The notes under the pieces were generated by a model that saw nothing but the letters and a program-made list of their open reading frames with translations, searched no databases and was not told the DNA's origin. Both the position numbers and the translations under genes were made by a program. Shown here one piece after another: positions 1-13,309 of a stretch of 64,000 nt of DNA (position 1 is the first letter of the stretch; every line of letters begins with the position of its first letter). This DNA comes from Octopus vulgaris. Its lineage: Eukaryota. The stretch lies in assembly GCA_951406725.2 (NCBI GenBank), contig OX597830.1, positions 24,056,001-24,120,000 of the forward strand, written 5' to 3'.

Positions 1-389
1 ATATATACATACATAGAAGAGAGAGTGAGAGAGAAAGAGAGAGAGAGAAGATTAATATAGACAGCAGGCTGCAGTGTTTTATCAAAAGTCCTACAAATGA
101 CTAGGGTGTTAGAAACACCTACATTGCTAGAAATAAGAGCTAAAATGCTCTAATGCTGTTGTCAAAGCACATGATTGTATAAGTACCCACACACACATAC
201 ATACACATATGCATATAGAATATGAGGAGTTTAGTTCGCTGGTAATCTAAACGAATAACTACGGCTCCAATTTCACAGCTTTATTCTCCTGTCTGTATTC
301 TTCTATCTACTTTTACTCTTTATTCTTCTATTTTATTCTTTATAAACTGTGAACTTCCCTGTCTAGAACTTCTCATACATAGTCAGATT

Positions 390-465
390 GTCTCTGGTGA
401 TGGAATACCCAGTGTACGAATATGCTAGCCTGTCACTTGGGACATCCCAGAAACAGCTGTAAGAC
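390..465 (+). ncRNA. Type I hammerhead ribozyme motif, core variant A6G, in a PLE pseudo-LTR-like remnant (~232-550)
   Basis: Stem I GTCT/AGAC; core CTGGTGA (394-400); stem II TGGAAT/ATCCCA with an inner CCCAGTG/CACTTGGG hairpin; GAAA (450-453); palindromic stem III ACAGCTGT; GUA triplet. Confidence 0.75.
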
Positions 466-609
466 TTCAAATTCACCTTGCTCTAACTAAATTATAATAA
501 ATGACTTAAGATACTCGTCCTACGTTGGTTTTTGTTCTAGTTTTCCTATAATACACACATACACACATTTATATAGTAAATTCACCCCCCACTGCAAAAA
601 AAAAAAAAA

Positions 610-777
610 CGAGGGACAAACACGAAAAAACAACAACACAAGGACGTGGTACATGTATAGTATTAGCAGACGCTCAGGAAAGGAAAGAAAGGTGGTTTAA
701 CGTTTCAAGCAAAGCACTGCTTCAGAAACAGTGGAAAGACCAATAGAAAAGGAAGACGGAGGGAAGAAAATCACCAT
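610..777 (-). mobile_element. Short PLE-derived remnant with a degenerate minimal hammerhead (695-729)
   Basis: Minus strand reads GTTT-CTGAAGCA-GTGCTTTGCTT-GAAA-CGTT-AAAC, with an AACGTT palindrome and stem I GTTT/AAAC. It abuts (TA)n. Similar units occur at 16480-16640, 34913-35110 and 39040-39215. Confidence 0.5.
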
Positions 778-786
778 ATGTATATA

Positions 787-881
<95 letters not shown>

Positions 882-1037
882 GTGTATGTATGTATGTATA
901 TGACTGGAGCAAACCAAACACCCTACCCCACATAATTAAAGCACACTAATGTATAAGCGCGTATGCAAAAATCAGGACATGAAATGATGTAAGATAATTA
1001 TTTTAAAAATCAAAATGCAGTATTCTGTTATTCTTTT

Positions 1038-1447
1038 ATTCTTTTGCTTGTTCCTGTCATTTGACTGCGTCCGTGCTGGAGCACCGCTTTTTAGTCGAAC
1101 ATATCAACTCCAGCACTTACTCTGTGTAAGCCTTGTACTTATTATATGGGTTTATTTTGCCGAACCGCTAACTTACGGGGACGTAGACACACCAACATCT
1201 ATTGTCAAGCGATGGTGCGGGGACGAACACACACACGCACACATATACGACAGGCTTCTTTCAGTTTCCATCTACCAAATTCACTCACAAGGCTTTGTTT
1301 GGCCCGAGTCTATAGTAGAAGGCACTTGCCCGAGGTGCCACGCAGTGAGACTGAACCCGGAACAGTGAGACTGAACTGAGAGTGAATAGTGAGACTGAAC
1401 ATGTGGTTGGTAAGCAAGCGACTTACCACACATCCACTCCTGTGCCT
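1038..1447 (-). mobile_element. tRNA-derived SINE family A
   Basis: Head GTGGATGTGTGGTAAG, central GGGCAAGTG segment, internal microsatellite and tail GGTGCTCCAGCA...CAAATGAC; matches many copies in the window. Confidence 0.9.
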
Positions 1448-1535
1448 GGAGCCAGTAAATTTTCTATTTAAAACTGCCAATTTTAAACACCATCCTTCTC
1501 TCCCTCTCTGTCCATCTTCCCCCTCTCTAACTCCC

Positions 1536-1574
1536 TCTCTGATGAAAGTCTTAGGAGACTAGAATCTAGCCAGA
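1536..1574 (+). ncRNA. Degenerate hammerhead motif
   Basis: CTGATGA, stem II AGTCT-TAGG-AGACT, GAAT instead of GAAA, CTAG palindrome, GCC instead of GTC, stem I TCT/AGA. Confidence 0.5.
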
Positions 1575-1736
1575 TGTAAAACACTTCTTTCTGTCCATAA
1601 AATCTATGAGGCAAACTATTTTGTTTACTTATTGCAGCTTGACTAATATTGTATGCTTATAAGGAAGAAAAAAAAACAGTTATACAGTATTACATCATAT
1701 TTCATATAATAGTAAAACGCCGCGAAATGCAATAAC

Positions 1737-1738
<2 letters not shown>

Positions 1739-1790
<52 letters not shown>
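1739..1790. repeat. (GAT)n microsatellite
   Basis: Direct observation. Confidence 0.95.
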
Positions 1791-1885
1791 GTGATCATGA
1801 TGTTGACAGCAACGCCAATGATGATATACGTGTGTGTCTGTGTGTGTCTATATCTGTATATACTCATATGCATGCACCATGCGTA

Positions 1886-1939
<54 letters not shown>

Positions 1940-2226
1940 AATGAGCATCTATGTATTTATATATTTATATGTGTCTACATGTACGTATTAATGGGCGAGT
2001 GCTATGGAGAGATATCTTCTTTTTCTAGAAACCAAACCAATCAGAGAAACTTTGAAATGGAATTACAATAAATCACTGAAATGGATCCGATTGACACTTA
2101 TGCCTATAAAAAATAACATTTATGCAAACATTTTCAAGCACTCACTCACATACGCACTTCTACGCGGAGCTGCCCACACACGCACAAACACATAACTGCA
2201 TGAATATTGCTATGCACATACATACA

Positions 2227-2270
<44 letters not shown>

Positions 2271-2859
2271 CACGTTAATCTAACATTAGCACACATGTAT
2301 AATCGCATACATGCATACTTACATACATATGTACATACATACATACAAACTTACAAATATACAGTTATACAAACACACACACATACATACATACATACAT
2401 ACATACATACATACATACATTCATTCATTCATGCATACAAGCTTATATAAATACAAACATACAATCACAAATACAGACAGACAGACAAACATACTAATAT
2501 ACATTTATATATACACACACACATACATATATTCATGCATACACTCATACATACATACAGTCTGACAGAAAAACATACAAACAGAGATACAAGCACAGAA
2601 ATAGTCATATATATATATATATATACAAACATACATACATGCTTACATATAAGCATATATACATGCACACATACATTCTCAGACACACATACGAAGATCC
2701 ATTCATTCATACACACACACATACATAGATATCTACCAGCATGCGCGAAGAACCTCACCAATGAGAGAATCTCTTGAATAACAAGCCGGCCAGAGAGCCT
2801 CTATGCGGTTGTTCCACCCGTTAGAAATAGCAGCCAAATTACGTCGCCCCCTTCCCCCC

Positions 2860-3222
2860 ATTGTTCAACTGATACTTATTTTATCGACCCCGAAAAGGTG
2901 AAAAGCAAAGTCGACCTCGGCGGAATTTGAACTCAGGACGTAAAGACAGACAAAACGCCGCCAAGCATTTCGCCCGGCTCCGCTACCGATACTGCCAGCT
3001 ACTTACACAGTAGTATTCGTTCCTACCATAGACACTAGGCCAGAGATTTGGGGAGTGGGGTTAAGTCGATTACATCGGCCCCAGTGTCCAACTGGTACTT
3101 ATTTTATCGACTCCCGAAAGGCAAAGTTGATCCCGGTGTAATTTGAACTCAGGAGGTCAAGACGGAGGAGACGCCGCTAAGCATTACGCCCGACGCGCTA
3201 ACGATTCTGCCAGCTCACCGCC
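2860..3222 (-). mobile_element. Two tandem copies of SINE family B
   Basis: Reverse complement of GAGCTGGCAGAATCGTTAGC...GAGTTCAAATT...GACTTTGC...CGGGGTCGATAAAATAAGTA. Confidence 0.85.
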
Positions 3223-3226
3223 TTTT

Positions 3227-3238
3227 TTAGTAGTAGTA

Positions 3239-3307
<69 letters not shown>

Positions 3308-3308
3308 A
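3227..3308. repeat. (TAG)n microsatellite
   Basis: Direct observation. Confidence 0.95.
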
Positions 3309-3309
3309 T

Positions 3310-3668
3310 ATTTCGTTTTTGGATTTGGTTTGCAAGATTCTTTATGTGAGCTCGTGTGTTGAAAGCAGATTCTGTTGTGTCTGGGGAGAGTCATTTTCTT
3401 TCTGTGCCATATAATTTAACACACTCACCGGTAAAATTTCCACTTATTTCTTATTTTTATTTTCCTAAAATTTTTGTTTTGCGTACAAAACAAACAAAAA
3501 TAAACGCAGTGTAAATAACGGACAGAGTCAAGACTATTGAAAAGATTGCAAGACGCAACGAAAATTTTAGGAAAATAAAAATAAGAAATAAGTGGAAATT
3601 TTTACCGGTGAGTGTATTAAATTATAAGGCACAAAAAGAAAATGACTCTTCCCAGACACAACAGAATA
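3310..3668. mobile_element. Fold-back PLE-derived unit with ~110-bp inverted arms (3370-3480 / 3560-3668) and a degenerate hammerhead in the spacer
   Basis: TTCTGTTGTGTCTGGG...TTTTCCTAAAATTTT is mirrored by AAAATTTTAGGAAAA...CCCAGACACAACAGAA. The spacer has TTGAAAA-GATTGC-AAGAC-GCAAC-GAAA-ATTTTA. Tail 3310-3368 is homologous to 22263-22322. Confidence 0.75.
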
Positions 3669-3670
3669 AT

Positions 3671-3859
3671 AGTGGCTGTGTGGTAAATAGCTTGCCTACC
3701 AACCACATGGTTCTGAGTTCAGTCCCACTGCGTGGCACATTGGGCCAGTGTCTTCTACTATAGTCTCGGGCCGACCAGAGACTTATGAGAGGATTTGGTA
3801 GACGGAAATTGAAAGAAGCCCGTCGTATATATATATATATGTATATGTATGTATGTATG

Positions 3860-3893
<34 letters not shown>

Positions 3894-4175
3894 TGTATGT
3901 ATGTATGTATGTATGTATGTATGTATGTATGTATGTATGTATGTGTGTGCATATGTTTGTGTGTCTGTGTTTGTCCCCCAACATCGCTTGACAACCGATG
4001 CTGGTGTGTTTACTTCCCCGTAACTTAGCGGTTCGGCAAAAGAGACCGATAGAATAAGTACTGGGCTTACAAATAATAAGTCCTGGGGTCGATTTGCTCG
4101 ACTAAAAGGCGGTGCTCCAGCATGGCCGCAGTCAAAGGACTGAAACAAGTAAAAGAAAGTAAAAGAGATAAAAGA
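3671..4175 (+). mobile_element. SINE family A with an expanded internal (TATG)n
   Basis: Full head, core, microsatellite and tail structure ending in AAAAGA repeats. Confidence 0.92.
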
Positions 4176-4567
4176 GATATGAAGTAAGTCTTTTTACGCA
4201 TATCTGGAAAAGAACGCGTACGCATACACACACACAACAGCAATGCACTAGCACTCATAAATCGAATCGTTACACAAACATGCACACATATATATACACA
4301 CAGACATACGTGTACACATATACACATATGCACAGCTGTCGATATTTTCGGCGTACGACGCATCATCAGAAACACAATCACACAGGAAAGAGCACAATAG
4401 CAACACACACAGAAACAGACGTCCGTACGTAAACATAAACTGTGCGTCCAATAGATATGAATACTTAATTAAACATCAAATATCATTCAGTGAAAACCTA
4501 ACGTCGAGTAAATAAACAGTATTTATCAACAAAAATCCAACACACACAACAAATACATTCTCACATC

Positions 4568-4620
<53 letters not shown>

Positions 4621-4777
4621 CACATATACATATATATATATACATATATATATGCATATATATATATATACATGTATATATATATATATGTGTGTGTATA
4701 TATACATATTATATAAATATACATACCTAGAGTTCTATGCCTGTCTGTGATGTTTACATCAGTGTAAGCCGAAGGGG

Positions 4778-4820
<43 letters not shown>

Positions 4821-4835
4821 CACACATATATTACG

Positions 4836-4952
<117 letters not shown>

Positions 4953-5445
4953 ACATATATATATATGCGTGTATGAACGTGTGGATATATTCATATATAT
5001 GTGCACACACAAATAACATATTCATATGTGCATATACATATTGATATGCATGTGCACGTAAACATACATATACACACATACATATGTATACATAAGTGTA
5101 TACACACACACACACACAAACAGACACTCACACACACATACACACATACACACACACATGCACACACAGAAACAATTATTACATCGAAAATAGCACCATC
5201 ACAAACACATATAAATCTCAAACTAACTGTTGCAAGACCCGACGCAGGTTAACGTTTGCTAAATCTGACATTTGACAGACGCTTCCACTCAGAATTCTGA
5301 GGCAATAAATTTTTAGGTCCAAATTCCAACGCTCTGTCTCTCTTTCTGTCTCCGTCTCTCTCTCTCTCTCTCTCTCTCTGTCTCCATTTCTCTCTCTCTC
5401 TCTCTCTGTCTCCGTTTCTCTCTCCCTCTCCCTCTGTCTCCGTCT

Positions 5446-5479
<34 letters not shown>

Positions 5480-6189
5480 TACACACACGCACTCTTTGTC
5501 TCTTTCTCTGTCTTAGTCTCTCTCTTTCTCTCTCTCTCTTTCCTTCTCTCTCTGATTCCCATCTTTCACTTCACTGAATCCTCTGACAGAAATAATGGCC
5601 TCTAGCTAAGATGGTATTAATTCAAGAAAAACCGGTTTTTTCCAGGCCGTTTCTTCGTTTCCAATGGAAATCTTCATACGACCAGAAACAGAAAATACGG
5701 AAAATTTTCCGAAATTCTTAACACGTATATTGAAGTATAATAACGTTTGCTCTTCTGCCACTGTCTTTCTGATTCTCTCTCACACTTTTCTTTTCTCTTT
5801 CTTTCTCCCGCTCTCTCGTTTTCCTTTTCTCTTCCTTTCCTCCTCTCTCTCTCCCATTCGATTTATCTGTTTTATTGCTGTATTTTGTGGTTGTTTTTCT
5901 ATAATGCTCTTGTTTTAGTTACTTGATTCTCTTTTTAAATTCCCACAATAAAATGGATGAGAGAACAGAAGATTTACTGCCGAACTAAACTCTTTATCTT
6001 ACAAACCGACCTCGCCTGTTTATATCTAAAAACGGAGCGAATAAATACTTTTGCTTCCAAGTTTCACCAAGTGTTGAGAAGTTTCGAGACTTATAGATAG
6101 ATCGTCAGATAGTTAAATGCTTTAATGGCTTCGACCATTACATCATGCTTGCTGGACTAGCAGACGTGAGGTTTTGTTTCATTATTCTG

Positions 6190-6423
6190 GTATCTGGTGT
6201 GGTCGAAGGTGGGGGGGTGAGGGTAATGGCGATGGTGCTGGCTGGAGTAGCGCTCGTAGTAGTAGTGGTGGTGCTAGAAGTGTTGGTGAAGCTAGTGGTG
6301 GTGATGGTAGTGTTGCAGTGGTGGTGGTGGTGGCAGTAGTGGAGCTTGTAGCAGTGGCGGGGTGGTGGTAGTGATAGTGGTGATTGTAGCGGCGGTGGCG
6401 GTGGTGGTGGTGGTGGTGTGTTG

Positions 6424-6455
<32 letters not shown>

Positions 6456-6570
6456 GGTGATGGTGATGGTGTGTTGGTGGTGTGTTGGTGTTGGTGGTGG
6501 TGGTGGTGGTGGTGTGTTGTTGTTGTTGGTGGTGGTGGTGTGGTGGTCGTGGTGGTGGTGGTCGTCGTCA
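6190..6570. repeat. (GGT/GTT)n low-complexity tract
   Basis: Direct observation. Confidence 0.9.
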
Positions 6571-6859
6571 TGGATGTACTTAGTCTCGACGAAGAGCATG
6601 TAGTCAATAATTAAATTAATTATTAATTAATTTAATTATTGACTTAAATTAATTTCTGCTGGTGAAATGAAAGTTTATGTGGCTGAGTATACTACAGTTA
6701 CATGTTGCCTTAACAAATTTAATCGTTCTGGAGTTGAATTAACCTGATAGCGTTTGAATTAACGATAAAATGCACCGAGAGAGAGTAAGAAAAAGAAAGA
6801 GAGGGGAAGGAGGATGGAAAGAATGAAACATAATGAGAGAAAGATACTGGTACTCCGTC

Positions 6860-7147
6860 GGTTACGACGATGAGGTTTCCAGTTCATCCAACCTACAGAA
6901 CAGTCTACTTGTGAAATTAACGTGAAAGTGACTGAATACTCCACAGACACGAATACCTTTAACGTAGTTCTCAGGGAGATTCAGTATGACACACAGACCT
7001 TTGAAATACTGGTGCTTACATATGAGGGGACCAGAGCAACGTGAAATAAAGTGCCTTGAGCAGGGACACAACGCGCCACTGGTAATCGAAGTCACGAAAT
7101 TACAAACATGAGCCGAATGCCCCGGCCACTAAGCTACGTGCCTTCAC
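6860..7147 (-). mobile_element. tRNA-derived SINE family D
   Basis: Homologous to 31460-31781; minus-strand head GTGAAGGCACGTAGCTTAGTGG...TTCGATT followed by GTGTCCCTGCTCAAGGCACTTTATTTCACGTTGCTC. Confidence 0.8.
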
Positions 7148-7194
7148 GAGAAAGAACGATAGAGAGAAGCGTAAAGACAGACAGAGGGAGAGTA

Positions 7195-7231
<37 letters not shown>

Positions 7232-7360
7232 AAAATAGAGAATGTGAGAGAGAAGAATTGAATGCAGCCCTGGAGTGACACCGGTATTTATCGACTCCGA
7301 AAAGATTTTTAAAAAAAAACAGATGAGATCTGCGGGATTTGAACTCATGCATTATTGTAT

Positions 7361-7458
7361 GGGCGCAGGAGTGGCTGTGTGGTAAGGAGCTTGCTTCCCA
7401 ACCACATGCTTCTGAGTTCAGTCCCTCTGCATGTCATTTTGGGCAAGTGTCTTCTACT
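7361..7458 (+). mobile_element. SINE family A, 5' fragment
   Basis: GGCGCAGGAGTGGCTGTGTGGTAAG...GGGCAAGTGTCTTCTACT. Confidence 0.85.
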
Positions 7459-7629
7459 GATCCTAAATCTAATTTTTCCCTGTAAGTTTGGATTTACTCC
7501 CTAATATTATAATATATATATATATATATACACGCCTGTGTGTATGTGTGTGTGTGTTTGAAACTGTGTATATACATACATACATACATACATACATACA
7601 TACATACTCTCACACACACGCACAAACAC

Positions 7630-7687
<58 letters not shown>

Positions 7688-9149
7688 TTATCTGCCAACC
7701 TATTTATATATTCACATATGATCTTGATTTTTTTCTGTAACAATGGCAGTATATGTCAGACTTTGTAACGATCTGTATCGTTGCTTGCATTTTGCCATAT
7801 ATCGATGCCAGGTCAATGTAAATTTAAATTTTATTTTGATTGGAACGTTGAGTTCTCGTTTACCACTGAAATATATCCGTGAAATAAGATAATTTCGGCA
7901 AAATTTTGAATCGTGGTGGCAACGAATGTAGCATAAAACATAAATATAAAAATCAGCAATGGGAATTTTCTTCGAATCAACCCAGCTTCATTTCATGTTT
8001 GTTTTGGAGTTTTAAATTCCTTTAAGGCTGACGGGGTTTAGTAAGGTTTAAACATCTTAATAAATGTTTACAAAGATCAGATTCAACATCCTATAAAATT
8101 AGTTTCTGTATGCTAGCAAAAATCAGATATTTTTCTTCTAAATATTAACATTCAATTTCCTTTGCAATTAATTCAAAATTTCTCATCTCATATTTTCTTT
8201 CTTAATTTTAACAATTGCCCTTAAGTCTTTCTTTACTTGCTCTCGTTAAGAAATATATGTTTGTTTATATGGAATATCAAAGAGTATGTCATTCAATACA
8301 TTACAACCTATGTAATTTATCTCAGTTTTATCCATTAACCAACATTAGTTATTTCCTTTTGCTCAAATCTTGTAACCATGCAAATTAAACTGGCGAAATT
8401 TCTGCCCAAGACCATTTTCTCGATAAACAATGGAAATCTGTGTTCACAGATTAAAACAGGATTGAAAGTCTATGCTTCACTGTCAAGGCCTAACACGACC
8501 GGAACATGTTGAAGGTTGTAATCTTGTCGCTTAGAAAGAAAAACCAGATTGTTTGCCTATGTATGAACGTTCAAGTCTCTTCGTTTCTTACAAATGTCTT
8601 TCTTTTCAAACACTTAATGCTTCTGTATTTTTTGTTTTGAATTTTTTTCTCCATCTTTAAATAGATAAATTTTAATTCACTGCATGTATTTTGCGTACGT
8701 CGTTCGAAAACTCATCACCTAAGGAATTATCTAAGCTCTTACCATTGGCCCAAACTTGTTCAATTCCGAGTATGTGGTATTGATAAACAACAAAAATTGG
8801 CGAAATAGCAGTGTCTGCCACTCTCGGATTCATTCCGCGGCTAGTTGTCTCACCTGCTTTGTGACATCCAGGTGTTCATTAGCACCCAGCGTTGTGCAGG
8901 AAGCTTTCCCAAACGCTATCCCGCAGCAAATTCGACGTATGCACAAAGCACGTATAGACTATGCACGTGCAATCGATAAACTTTACATCGTTAGAGCTAC
9001 CTCCAAATTGCTTCTGCATTGAGGGGTGCACAACAACTACTTGTATAGTTTCCCACCCGCGATGGATCGCTGGATGATATTTCGAAACGATCGCTGTGAG
9101 TATTAAAGTTTACGGTGTATTCCATTTTCCGTCACTGAAATCGGGTTAC

Positions 9150-9556
9150 TCTTTTTTCTTTTTACTCTCTTTTTACATTTGACTGCGGCGATGCTGGAGC
9201 ACCGCCTTTAGTCGAGGAGATCGACCCCGGGACTTATTCTTTGTAAGCCCAGTACTTATTCTATCGGTCTCTAATGCCGAACCGCTAAGTGATGGGGATG
9301 TAAACACACGAGCATCGGTTGTCAAGTGATGTTGGGGGGACAAACACAGACACAAAAACACACACATACACATATATATATATACATATATACGACAGGC
9401 TTCTTTCAGTTTCCGTCTACCAAATCTACTCACAAGGCATTGGTCGGCCCGGGGCTGTAGCAGAAGACACTTGCCCAAGATGCCACGCAGTGGGACTGAA
9501 CCCGGAACCATGTGGTTGGTTAGCAAGCTACTTACCACACAGCCACTCCTGCGCCT
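9150..9556 (-). mobile_element. SINE family A
   Basis: Full-length match to the family consensus seen in the window. Confidence 0.92.
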
Positions 9557-9717
9557 GTGTGCATAAGACTATTAAATTATTGCACAGGGGTTCCTCAAGC
9601 CAGTGGAATGTTTCCTTGGGGTTCCGCTCCAGCAAAAAGTTTGAAAAGCACTCTGCATTAGACAGTGGCCATGCTGGAGCACCACTTTCAGAAACAACAA
9701 CAGTAACAAAAAGACTA

Positions 9718-10350
9718 TAGTGAAAGAATTTTTAAAAGTCTTAACGTTAATTGTGAATTGGGTCCAATTTCTAGATTAAAACCATAAAAACAAGCGTTTT
9801 TCCTTCATCACCACAATACATGAGAAATATATATACAAATAACTACACATACCGTACAAAGCAGATTTGCAGTCATGTGTATATTTAATATTTTTTGGTA
9901 GTTTTTGAATGCCTCGACATTTCAACCATGTTGGACTTAGGTCGTTTTCACCCTTGCTCCCTTAATATAATTATATACATATGTTTATAATTATTAATTT
10001 AATGTATCAATTACCTATAAATTTTTTATAGCATACTGACTACGTGATGAAAATCATTAACGTAATTTTATCGTTATATTCTATTATTCCTGATCGGAAA
10101 AGTATTTCCTGCGGAGCTATTTTCATAATATAGACGTAGTTGTCGTGAATGGATTTAAATTTTGACTTATCTAGGATCTATACTTGGATGTAGACGTGCG
10201 AATTTGTTTTGTACGGTGTGTATAATCATTCGTAATTACATTTCTCGTGTATTGTCTTGACGAAGAAAAAAAAGCTGTTTTTATGGCCTTTATCTAGAAA
10301 TTGGACCCAATTCACAATTAACGTGAAGTCTTTTTAATATTCCTTCACTA
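9718..10350. mobile_element. MITE-like element with ~80-bp terminal inverted repeats
   Basis: TAGTGAAAGAATT...AATTGTGAATTGGGTCCAATTTCTAGA (9718-9795) is inverted at 10272-10350; TA at both ends. Confidence 0.65.
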
Positions 10351-10995
10351 GCCGCCTGATTTCAACCATGTGTATATTTAATCTGGAATCTTTTTTTTTG
10401 TAGTTTTTGAGTGCCTCGGCATTTCAAGCATGTTGGAGTTAGGTCATTTTCGCCTTTGCTCCCTTAATATAATTATATACATATGTATAAAATTATCAAT
10501 TTAATATATATATATATATATGTCTGTCTGTATGTCTGTCTGTCTGTCTGTCTGTCTGTATGTATGTATGTATTATGTATGTATGTATGTATGTATGTAT
10601 GTATATGTATATGTATTTTTAGGTCACTTTAAATAAAACCCTTGATTCAATAACACTGTGTATAGACTCTATACCTGGAATGACCAATTTAAAATTTGAG
10701 ATAAAACCACTATTAGGCAAATCAAACAGTGAAAAACATAAACCAAAATATAAAAATAAATATAATTAATATAATATACAAAATTTATAAAATATAAAAT
10801 TTAAAATTAAGCTATTTAAATTTAAAATTTTTAATTTATATTTATAATTTTTTAAAAAAATATTTTTTAAATTTTAAATTTATAAATTTTTAAACTTTTA
10901 ATTTTTTAATATTTATATTAATTTATTTATTTTTTAAATAACTATCAAAAAGCTATTAAAAATTTAATATAATAAGTATAATAAGTAATAAGTAT

Positions 10996-11083
<88 letters not shown>

Positions 11084-11199
11084 TAGTAAAAAGTGAAAAA
11101 ACTACAGAAGGCTTGTTTTAAAAGGTTAAAAAATATATATTTGAGTCATTATGTCAGAAGAATGTTATAAATTTTTTTCATACAATGACATAGTTTTTG

Positions 11200-11239
11200 A
11201 AGAAATGACCGGTTTCGCGTTCAGCTTTTCAAATTTCTT
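11200..11239 (-). ncRNA. Minimal type I hammerhead ribozyme with a compensatory U3-A8 core
   Basis: Minus strand AAGAAAT-TTGAAAA-GC-TGAAC-GC-GAAA-CCGGT-C-ATTTCTT: 7-bp stem I, 2-bp stem II, palindromic ACCGGT stem III, GUC triplet. Paralogous to 51991-52029. Confidence 0.75.
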
Positions 11240-11357
11240 ACATCGTTATGTTTTCGTTGAGAAGTGTAAAGCAGAGTTCAAGATAAGGGGAGGTAATATG
11301 TGATTTCTTCCAGTGTAAGGGAGATAATCGCTTAATATTTCTTGCCTTTTTTTCTCA

Positions 11358-11392
<35 letters not shown>

Positions 11393-11887
11393 TTAAAAAT
11401 AAGGATAATATCGATATTTAAATATCGATATTATCAAGTGGCCAGCATGGGAATAAATACAATACAAAGGTAATAATTTTTTACAACTATAAATAAGGAC
11501 GTTCGTATATGTAAGTATAACGTGTGTTCTATATATATATATATATTTGTATTTATGTGCCCATCTGGTATATTCAACTGACGTAGGCAGAGCTTATTTG
11601 AAGCAAAGCTAGAAATCCAGGATCTTGAATTATGCAGTAATATCTTTTTGCTAGTTTATTTTGTCTCTCTGTCTTATCTCATGGTGCGATATGAACATTT
11701 AAGGTGGTTTTTAGAGTCAGGGTTTTGACTGCTATTTCGACATGGTGGTGTCTCTCAGATACCCTTATTTATAGTTATATATATATATAATCTATATAAA
11801 CACATATCACACATATGTTTGTACAAATATGTACACACACGCACATATATATATATAATATATACAGGTATGGCCATGTATGTGCAG

Positions 11888-12310
11888 CGTGGCTGTGGGG
11901 TAAGAAGCTTGCTTCCCAACCACATGGTTCCGGATTCAGTCCCACTGTGTAGCACTGTGGATACGTGCCTTCTACTACGGCCTCGGACCGACCAAAGCCT
12001 TGTGTGTGGATTTGGTAGACGGTAACTGAAAGAAGCTCGTCGTATATGTGTTTGTGCGTGTGCACGTGCGCGTGTGTGTATATGTGTGTCTTTGTGCCTG
12101 TGCTTCTCCCCCACCTCCATCACCGCTTGACAACCGGTTTGGTGTGTTTATGTCCCCTGCTAGAATGATTTTTGTCTCCTTTGGCAAAAGACACCGATAG
12201 AATAAGTACCTGGCTTAAGAAGTTAAGTCCTAGGATCTATTTGTTCGATTAAAAGGTGGTACTCCAGCATGGCCGCAGTCACATTACTGATATAAATAAC
12301 AGAAGACAAG
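11888..12310 (+). mobile_element. SINE family A (diverged copy)
   Basis: Head, core and tail recognisable. Confidence 0.88.
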
Positions 12311-12580
12311 AATAACAGAATACACGTGTGTGTTTATGTGTGTGTGTGTGTGTGTATGTGAATATATATGAATTTATGTACATGCCTCCAGGCGGCCATT
12401 AGGAATGCCAATGAATATTTATTCAGCTTTCCTGTTTATTAGTTGTTGCGACAAATATCGCCGAAGTATGAGTTCACGCCATTGACAACGTCGAACGAGA
12501 CAGAAACGCATTTCGCCTTCGCGCCAGCCGCTGCTTGTAGGAGTTTTGCATCCTTCGAATACATGTGTGTTTGTGTGTGC

Positions 12581-12653
<73 letters not shown>

Positions 12654-13309
12654 CGTGTGTGTGTGTAGTGGTTTTGTTTTTCACAAAGAGTACGTCCATA
12701 ACAGATGTTATCTCCGGGAAGAATACTGCAGTAAACTTGCCTTTCAACAATATATTTGCATTAAGTACAATACATAGAAGAATATTTAGATATATATATT
12801 TATACACACACGCACACGCACATAAATATAAATAAATATATCTACATAAACATACACACGCACACACACATATATATTCAATCTATCTAATTCCTTCTAT
12901 GTTACTTCAACCTAAATTAATCTCCGTTTTATCGTTATCTCATACACACACACACATAAAATCACACAAACACACACACACACACACCCTTTCCTATCGT
13001 TACTTTCACTTTCTTATGTTTTCTTATATATTCTTTCTCTCAATGTCTTCTCTCCCACTTCTCCTCCTCCTCCTCATACTTCTGTTGCTGTTGTCGCTGC
13101 TGCTGCTGTTGCTGCTGTTGCTAAAAACCTATAAAACATCCATTTGAAAGGGAAATGAGAGAAGCTAAGACGATCCTAATGTAAAAATATATCGATATAA
13201 TAACGACGGCATAAGACGAAGAAAGGCAAAAACGGAATCTATTTTAATGTTTTGCTTGACTGGATTTGATATCTGCTTAATGGTGAAACAACGATACACA
13301 AGTAAACGA

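Noticed and set aside
7740-8700. Possible very old LINE RT remnant on the minus strand
   Set aside because: Only vague motif resemblance with many stops; it cannot be supported without a profile search.
9055-9100. Hammerhead-like GAAACGATCG segment
   Set aside because: No recognisable CUGANGA core or consistent stems.
12439-12565. GC-richer unique segment that could be an exon (MYSKDAKLLQAAAGAKAK...)
   Set aside because: No recognisable protein family and no convincing pair of splice sites.
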